A DNA stretch of 64,000 bases from the human T2T-CHM13v2.0 reference genome, Homo sapiens. The notes below the pieces were generated by a model. It was not told the DNA's origin and made no database searches. It worked only from the letters and a program-made list of their open reading frames with translations. The DNA lies in assembly GCF_009914755.1 (NCBI RefSeq), contig NC_060937.1. One strand, written 5' to 3'. The translations under genes and the position numbers were made by a program. Shown in pieces: positions 55,870-64,000 of this stretch (the first letter of the stretch is position 1; every line of letters begins with the position of its first letter).

Positions 55870-56170
55870 ATGAAATGCTTGTACATTTTCTCAAGACTGA
55901 TAATGGCATTGTGGTTATACAAGAGGGTTTCATCTTCCGAGATGCTGACATGTGGGAAGAAAGTATTGTGAGATCTGAAAATTCTTCAGCCAAGGAATGT
56001 GTGTACACATCCATATACACACATACACACATACTGATGTACATAGAAACACACAGAGCATGAGCATATGTACAAAGTGCTGATTATTGACTCTACATAG
56101 AAGATAGCTGGGAGTTCATTGTTCTGTCTTTCAACTTTTCTGTATATCTGAAAATTTCCAAAGTAAAATA
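55870..56170 (+). mobile_element. Old L1M 3' fragment
   Basis: TGATAATGGCATTGTGGTTAT...GGAGTTCATTGTTCTGTCTTTCAACTTTTCTGTATATCTGAAAATTTCC. Confidence 0.6.
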
Positions 56171-58794
56171 CTAGGAAAAATAAAAAGAACCAAAGGGATA
56201 AAAAGCACATCACCTGCAAACAGAAAGCTCCACAGATCTCCAGTCTCCCTACCTTAGGGCTCTGCAGAGTTCATAGGTAGACATACTTGAATGTCAGAAA
56301 TCAGATATTGATATCCAAAACCAAGAAGCATCACAGAACACGCGGGTGCCGATGGTCTGCAGTAGAAAAGTTTTCCCAAAGGATTTCTGTTTGCTGCTAT
56401 AAAAAGCTGGGGTGACCTTATAAAGCATTTGCCAGACTCTTCAAACTGCCTAATCACTGTTGTAATAGTAGTACCTGCTTGGCCGGCGGTGCTGGTTAAA
56501 AAATTCTATTGCCATATTTCAAACACTTTTCTGGAATCTGTTCTTAAAGTTAGCATAATTGAGACTCAAAAACAACGCACAGGGGATGAAAAGCCATGTG
56601 GCTTTAATCCATGTTCTCGTGGTCCCTGAGGCGATGGTGACTCAGGGAGAGAGCATGTCCCACCAGGCCATCTTTAGGAGGTGAGGACTTGGTATGCCAC
56701 CTTTCCAATGGACAGCTGCCTCTCCCTGTGGTTAACGTCCACAGCACACGAGGCTTTATTGGCTCCACTCATTGTGTTGCACACAAACGTTAATGCCTCC
56801 CACTTTTTCAGCAACTGTTTGCAGCAAAAAACCCAGTCCCGGCAGCGCGGCCTCAGTGGGAGCTTCAGAGACCAAACTATCAAGGTACATTTTCCATTGT
56901 TTAGCAAAGTACCCGATAGTTTTGGAAATGGAGAATGGTGCTTCCACCATGCTTAAGCAGACTTTTTTTTTTTTATATAAGCCCACGTGTGACTGCTACA
57001 CAGAATACGAACTTCTGACACAGGCACTCCTGGAAAATGTTTTTCATCTTTTCCTGACACCCAGCCAACAGTGTGGAGGAATAAACTGGTGTAAGTTGAA
57101 GTGTAATTAATGCCGTCATTATTTTTATCTGAAATATTTAAGGGAGTTGGTAGGAGACCCTTATCTTTTCCCTCCCCTTTTACAAAGACGGAAGTTAAGA
57201 GGCAGGGACCTGGGTTTATGCAGGAGGAGCCCCGCGTCTGCTCGTCTGAAATGCTTATGCTGCACGTAGCTTGTAGGTCACTTTGGCAAACACCCCAGAT
57301 ACTCAGACTTCCTTTTTTTCCCTACTGTTTTTGGGTCCAGGGCTAACTACTGTTAGCGGACATAAAGTTCTCTGCAATTCTTTCCTCAGAACCAGCTACC
57401 AGAAAACTACCAATTATAGCCAAGAAACAGTCTTTCAAATACACATACACATTGTAATGTGGGCTGGAAACCAGTTGGAAACTTTTTGATTTGCCCTTTA
57501 AGGCTGGAGGCAGGCACTTGAGGCAAACTCCTAAGACGTTCTGAAGAGCAGAACAGCGATTCTAAATTTAGCATCTTAACCAGCCAGTCGGCATACATGT
57601 AATGAAAGATTTAAAAGGAAAGAAATTGAACTGGCAGTAACAGAAGATACAGGTGGATGAAAAGACAGCTACAAATAGACAAACACCTTCCTAAAACAAT
57701 GCCCAAGGAATTCAGACCTAGAGCAGCTGTAAGCCTTCTTCCTTCCTTTCTCACCTGCATCCGAGATGCCTAATTGCTGTTCATGAGGTTTTAAAATTCC
57801 TAAGTGGACCGTGAGTTCCCTCATAGGAGGAATCCTGTCTTTCATGTTATAATCTCTAATATTCAGCACACTGCCTGGTAGATAGTAAGTGCTAAATAAA
57901 TGATGTTATATGAGTGGACAAATTAATGTGTGTGTGTGTATGCATGCATGCACATGTGTGTGTGTTCGTTATATGAAGCTTCTAGACTTATCAATAAGCA
58001 AGAATCTGCTTAGGTGAGCTCATTTTGAGTGTCTCAGGCCCATCTAATGAAAAGGTGCTAGCTGAGGGTGACTGAAACCAGTGCTGCCTCTGCCTCTCCC
58101 CACGGCTCCCTACTAACCTGTGTGTTCTCTGCTGAAAACAGAGATGAGATTTTTGGATTTGTTGTGTTTTATGAGCTACACTTCAACATTAGCTGCATGT
58201 AATTGACCTAAGTCTTAGGAAGTCTCAATGAGTATCCGAGGGAGTCCACGTTGCAGATGGCTGGCCTAAGTCAAGGACCTGCTATGTGGTTTGCCTTGGG
58301 TCACATGAAGAAACAGAAGTTCCAGACAGAGGTGCCCCAGATTCCACAGGTTCTATGCTTTCTTAGCATGTAAAGGAATCTAAGCTATACTAGTTATTCA
58401 TGTAAAACAAACAAACAAAAAAGTTGGAGTTATGTGTATAGAAACCTGTCTCACATCTTTTTTGTCATCTTGAACATCATGCAGGTCACTCAGTTGATGA
58501 AGAACTAAGAGATCAAATACTCCTAGACCCACTGGAAGATAGAGCAAGCTGTGAGCTCTTCCTGGAGCATTTTTTCCCAGTTGATGAATCCCAGAGATAG
58601 AAATGAATTTTGACTACTTTTTTTCTTCGTTTAGTGTTGTGTTAATGAAGCCACTGCACAAAAATGATATACCTGAAGAGGATTCTTGGAGTATTCAGTT
58701 TAAGATTCTAGGTAATTTTAAGCAATTTGCTTTGAGGAAATTTATCTCCCCTACTGTTCTTGGACGTTTTAAGATAAGAGTCATCACGCCTTTT

Positions 58795-58796
<2 letters not shown>

Positions 58797-58837
<41 letters not shown>

Positions 58838-58943
58838 ACACATACACACACACACACACATAAACACATACACACATACACACACATACACACATACACA
58901 CATACACACACATACACACACATACACACACACATACACACAC
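58797..58943. repeat. Long compound (CA)n/(CATACACA)n microsatellite
   Basis: ~146 bp of almost uninterrupted alternating purine-pyrimidine. Confidence 0.92.
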
Positions 58944-59461
58944 CCCTGTAATCTCTTTATTAAGCATGAATGGCACTTAGTTAAGAAATAATAGCTCTAT
59001 TATCAACTAAAAGATGTTTCTCAATTCTACAGTTTTCTGTCACAGACTACAGAATTAGAGGTGTAAATAATAAAGGAGGGATAAGGATGTGTTCCAGATA
59101 CCAGCATGAACAATATTCAACAGGAAGTTAAATTAATCTTGAGTCTACAAGGAAGACAAAGTCAAGTTGGGCTAAGTTAACTGGTGGAAGGGGACACCGT
59201 GACCACCCGACACGTTGCCTGGCTCGTGGTGGGTCTTTATCAGACAGTCACGTAGAAGAGTGTAGCGAATGTGCTCGGACCCCGCCTGCAGTGGCCTGAA
59301 AATGTTTTTAAATAGAGATAAATGATTCCACTTAACAATTAGAGGGAAGGGCTGGCAACACCAGCTCAATCCGTACATATACATCGCTGGTTCTGAAGTC
59401 TTTTTGGATTTTGATTCTAGGGAGGGGTGAAGAGCCGCAGAGTCCTGGACCCCGGGCCCTG

Positions 59462-59511
59462 GGCAGCGGGTTCTTGCTGGAGGCAGTGGGTTCTTGCTGG
59501 AGGCAGTGGGT
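59462..59511 (+). repeat. 20-bp tandem repeat, ~2.5 copies
   Basis: GGGTTCTTGCTGGAGGCAGT at 59468-59487 and 59488-59507 with partial flanking copies. Confidence 0.9.
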
Positions 59512-62097
59512 GGATGGGCATGCGCAGCTAAGAGGTGGGGCCGACTGGGCACCACCTCCGCAGACTTCAGAGCTGTGTCTGCAGCACACTAGGACACGGA
59601 GAAGCTTGCATGGAGATACTTTTGTACAGCTGAAAATGGTGATGGCTTTTTGCTGCGAATCCTGCAAAAAGGCAAAAGCGACCTTTGGTATCTTAGAATC
59701 CATCCCTCTCACTTTACAGGTGAGGCTCTGAGGCACAGAACATAAAAGGATCTGCTGAAGGTCACAGCATGAGTCAGTAGCAGAAATACAGCCAGAAACC
59801 AGGTGCCCCTTTCATGATTTAACACCTTTGTTAACTGTCTACAACTGGCCAGACACTGTGCTGCTATAATTAGTATTATTTTCCTTGTGCCGTATGCCTG
59901 TGTACCTGGTGTATACCTGGAGAATTCTTGAGGGGGTTGGTTGTTTTTAAAGATATGGTTGACTTCATATGAACACTGTTTTAAAGAGATTCCACTAATC
60001 AAGTTATCAAAGTATAAAAATCTTAAGCTGCATGTATCGTTAGCTTTTGGGACATATCTAAAAATGGATTAACCTACCTGGTTTGCTATATTTTGTTACA
60101 AATAATGCAATATTTTAGTACCCCCCCTCAAATCACTGATGAATGATTCTCTACCTGGAATAATGAATCGGAGTAGGAAATACTCTTTTCCATGACAACA
60201 CTGAAAATTTGCCTTCAAGTAAGTGTATAGTGTAAATATCACAAACGTAATTCAAAAATCCATCCAAAGTAAAAACCAAAGCAGTAGCACATCCAGGCTA
60301 GTGTCCTTGGTGCTGCAGTAGCTACTGTGTCTCCTGAGCCACCTGAGACCTATTTGCTACCCAACCAAAAAGTAGGGTAATGGTCCTTTTTCTTTTTCTT
60401 TCTTTTTTTTTTTTAACCTACATTAGGAAAGTGAGTTTTACTACTCTGGAGTTTACTTTTTCTCTTGCTAATTCTTCTCTGGGTTGGGTTCAGAGACTGA
60501 CAGTAAGCTGGACAGCAGTTACCCAGAAAGGAATACTTTATTTTTTCTCATTTCCATTGCGAACCTTTATCCCAGGGTTTGAATGGCCATCTGCTTTGCC
60601 AAAAAGGGAGTTGATAAGAAAGAGAGCTGGCTGCTGGCTGAGGGACGCTCGCCTGTGCAGAGAAGTAACGTGCTCAGAGCAGGCTGGGCTCACCTTTGAG
60701 ACAGAACAAAGGGCATCTGGTTATACGCCCTCTGCAAGGAGCTTCTGCGTGTGTTCCTTCTTCCCAGGTGAAAAGAACAAGTGGACAAATCTTGTTTCTT
60801 AGCTGAGCTTGGCTTACTCAGAAAACGTGGTTTAAAAACAGGGTCCAAACCATGACATTGTGTATTCGGTAATTTATGTTGTAATAGGTACCACAAAGTA
60901 AAGGTTGAAAATGCATGATTTCACTTTGGTTCTTTTCTTTTGCCCAAACTAACTAGAAATGACCTTGGTGCACACGGTCGAGGGTTCAGCTTAGTGGCTT
61001 GGCCATAAAATTGCATCCATCAACTTGGATCTGCAACTGAAGGCAGGTGGGTGCAGCAGGAGAAAATCCTGGAACAGATGAAACTACGATTCTACCATCC
61101 ACGAAAACCCTGGGCCTCCGGGGATTGTTGTTGTTGCTGATGAAGGGAGGCATTTATTTAACAAACATTTCTCTAGTACAAGTACTGTGCTAAGCTGTGT
61201 AGATCCCTGTGTCCAAACCAGCCTTTCTTCATCACCTATGGACTTTTGAAACATATGGTTTCTTCCACTGACTGGGGTGTGGTCCTGGGCAAGTCAGTCA
61301 GACCTGGGAACTCTTCTGGCTTGCTTCCTGACTCCAGGGGCCTTTTCCTATTCTCCCTACCTAAAATGTCTCACTCTTATGGCAGGGATTAACCTGAGAT
61401 AATGTAAAGATGTTAGCACTCAGATCTCAAGGGTGTGAAGTTCTCTGCCATGGGTGGGGACTCTTGGTTGTTTAAAAAGCTACCCAGGAAGTATAGTGAT
61501 CAGTCTTAATACCCAGGACTACAAGAGGCCTGAAAAACAATCACACCCCTCAGGGTACATAGTTACCTTCCCCAGGAAGATGACCACTGAAAGTGTGTTT
61601 TAAACTCACAGCTGGCCTCTGGCTTGCCTTCAACCAGTATCTCAAAATGTGCTCTCATCAATGTTAAGTTTTTACAAAAACATTTGACTTTTTCCTTCTC
61701 CCTAGGATTATTCTGTTAAGAAAAATGAAGCGATAGACCGCTGCTTTGCTTCTATGGACACTAGATCGATCTGGAATTAAGTGTAAGATAAGAGTACATT
61801 TCCCTCTTTTTCCTGAGACAGCTAACTTTGTAGGTAACTATTCTGACTGTGCAATTCAGGTGCCACTAGAGAGATTTTCTGTTGAGGATTATTAGGATTT
61901 TATACAATTGCATATTATTTTTGAAATGAGAGTTTGTGGTTTTATGGGGAATAACGAGCTCACGGCTCTTAGCAAAATTAATATTTGTGTGATGTGCACA
62001 TCCCGATTTGAAAAGTGGGCACACAGTGTCCATAGACAGAAGTCTCTGGATTAACTGTAATTTTGGGGGAAATAGAGTAAAGGAAGGCAAATTAAAA

Positions 62098-62183
62098 TAA
62101 CAAACAAAAAAGAAAGAAAAATGAAAAGAAAAGAAGAAAAGTACTTTGAAGGCACTTTTTCCATAGGAAAAAAATATTTTATT
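62098..62183 (-). terminator. Polyadenylation site of a minus-strand transcript
   Basis: AATAAA on the minus strand (TTTATT 62178-62183), likely cleavage ~62155-62161, then a long U/GU-rich downstream element (A-rich on + at 62098-62140). Confidence 0.75.
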
Positions 62184-63119
62184 TTTTTAAGAACAAATTC
62201 AGTTTGAAACAGATGTGGAATGTGACTTCACGGATTTCATTTTCTGGGGCTAACTGCAATGTGAAACTAAAGCAGATTTAAAACCTATGACAGGCTATTA
62301 AAATAAAACAAAGAAAGAAAAAAATATTTATAACTCAGGCATAATACTGTGTTACTTACAAATTGGACAACGAAATTTTAAATAAATATTCATGGTACAT
62401 AATTACGGCACAAATATGCAGCAATTTGGCAACCTTTTATACCATTTTTTCCTCATTACAGTGCAAAGGGGAATGACACTGCCGTTAAACAAGCTGTAGC
62501 TAAATACATTGCAAAATTCAGATTTTATACAAAACATCTTGCTTAGACTTTATAAAAAACCAACATTGCTCTATGTACACAATCTGGGTAAGAAAAGCCA
62601 TTTCTTTCTTGTTTTCATGTGTATTTTTATTAAAAAGGTGAATAAGGCTACTGTAACACCCCAAATCCATAGACAGTAAAATCTGAACCTATTTACAGCA
62701 TCTTCACTGAAACATGATGGTGCAAATTCCAAAGTCGGGTGACCAGGGACGATCATACAAGCAAGGCATTTACAGTAACTTTCCAAAGCTAAACCAACTT
62801 CAAACAAAGGGACAGTTGGTAGATTGTCATATTCTGCACCAGACACAAAACAGACGCACAGAACACTTTTCAATTGGTTGCAGGGAACTCTTTTATCAAT
62901 TCATCTGATTTTTCACAGTTTAGCATAGAACCAAAACGTAGCCAACTGATGATACATACATTTGATTTCATTAAAATCAGACTATTTCCCATTTTTCCCC
63001 TTCTCGCCCCTCTCCCCCATCCTAAAAGTAACTTCTGATGGCTTACAAGAAACTCTTGCATGAATGCACAGAAAGGAGAGGTTGGGGTGATGGAAAGAAT
63101 TACATATGTACTGTGGCTG

Positions 63120-63133
63120 GTTACCATGGCAAC
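63120..63133. promoter_or_regulatory. RFX X-box
   Basis: GTTACCATGGCAAC fits GTTRCCATRGYAAC exactly. Confidence 0.55.
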
Positions 63134-63385
63134 CCTCCACAGAAATATGATATAGATATATATAATATATATTGTAGATATATATTATACATATATGTAC
63201 ACATGTATACCACGCACCCACTCACACATACACACACGCACTTTGGACCAACATCATTTCCAGGTTCAGGAAATAGAGGATCATAATTTCTGTGACAACT
63301 CATTTTTGCAGGTACTCACTGGAGGTCTGAGAACCTTAAAATGCTGTCGCTACATTTTTTTCCCTTCCAATTCAGAAAGCAAAGT

Positions 63386-63399
63386 GTTACCATAGTAAC
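63386..63399. promoter_or_regulatory. RFX X-box
   Basis: GTTACCATAGTAAC fits GTTRCCATRGYAAC exactly. Confidence 0.55.
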
Positions 63400-64000
63400 A
63401 GGACTATGTTAAAGATGTCTATTTTGCATAGCACATAAAAAGTAGGTTTCCTGTTTACTCTTCTTGTTTCCCAGAAGGGAGGGGGTGCGGGGGAGGACAG
63501 GAGGAGGGAGCCACAGCTAAATCGTCACCTGAAGCCCCCAGTGTGACCTGCTGGATTCTAGAGAACACTTCAGCCCATAAGGCAAGGGAAAACCCAACGC
63601 AGAAATAAACGCCGGAACATCTTGTCATTGTTAAATATATGATGCAGTCACATCGGCTTCCTGCTCTGTGGGGCTCGTACTTCCTAGTCTACGGTTCCGT
63701 GAGATGCCTTCGGAGGACTTGGTTATTTTTGCATTTGCTCTCATTATTGTTCTTTTTGGAATGATGTTGTTTTTCCCAGAAGTAGCTGTCCAATTTGTTT
63801 TTTTAAGCGCTGAGCATTGGGACCACTTAATTGCCACAAATGAATTTCACATCTTCTGGTGTGTACTGTGTGCAACCTTAAAATATATATTAGTAAAAAT
63901 CTTTCATTTTATATCCCTTGTGTTCTATATACCTATTATAAATACGTCCTATCTTCCTTCTCCCCCTGGACATCATAATTTACTTCCGTCTTAAGGACTC

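Larger units (their letters stand above)
62155..64000 (-). other. Distal 3' UTR of an unidentified minus-strand gene (continues beyond the window)
   Basis: Free of recognisable interspersed repeats, AU-rich, with three Pumilio elements and clustered seed sites for conserved miRNA families, ending at a canonical PAS with downstream element. Confidence 0.75.

Noticed and set aside
62571-62873. 100-aa minus-strand ORF
   Set aside because: Non-ATG start inside AU-rich 3' UTR sequence; no domain features
62155-64000. Assigning a gene symbol to the 3' UTR
   Set aside because: No CDS in the window and I cannot recall the UTR reliably; a BLAST search is needed

Overview
Primate (human-like) non-coding genomic DNA, largely interspersed repeats: about 20 Alu/FLAM SINEs (many with target-site duplications), MIR, L2, old L1M, MaLR LTRs (MLT1/MST/THE1) and hAT/TcMar DNA-transposon fossils, plus microsatellites. 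I find no credible protein-coding exon; the longer ORFs in the track are mostly Alu- or simple-repeat-derived and the rest are short unremarkable frames. The last ~1.85 kb (62155-64000) looks like the distal 3' UTR and polyadenylation site of a minus-strand gene whose CDS lies beyond the window. I do not recognise the gene with enough confidence to name it. The rest is its downstream flank, with enhancer-like motif clusters. The structure least explained by ordinary annotation is a set of local template-switch scars: three short direct duplications 1.8-3.1 kb apart (180 bp exact, ~90 bp ~90% identical, 31 bp exact), several with snap-back inverted repeats near the junctions, a 14-bp micro-inversion in an Alu head and a folded-back MADE1 half. 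Also notable are RFX X-box palindromes and a possible THE1-LTR-initiated spliced lncRNA. I see no solid evidence for a new biological system. Repeat subfamily calls come from recalled consensus sequences and need RepeatMasker/Dfam confirmation.
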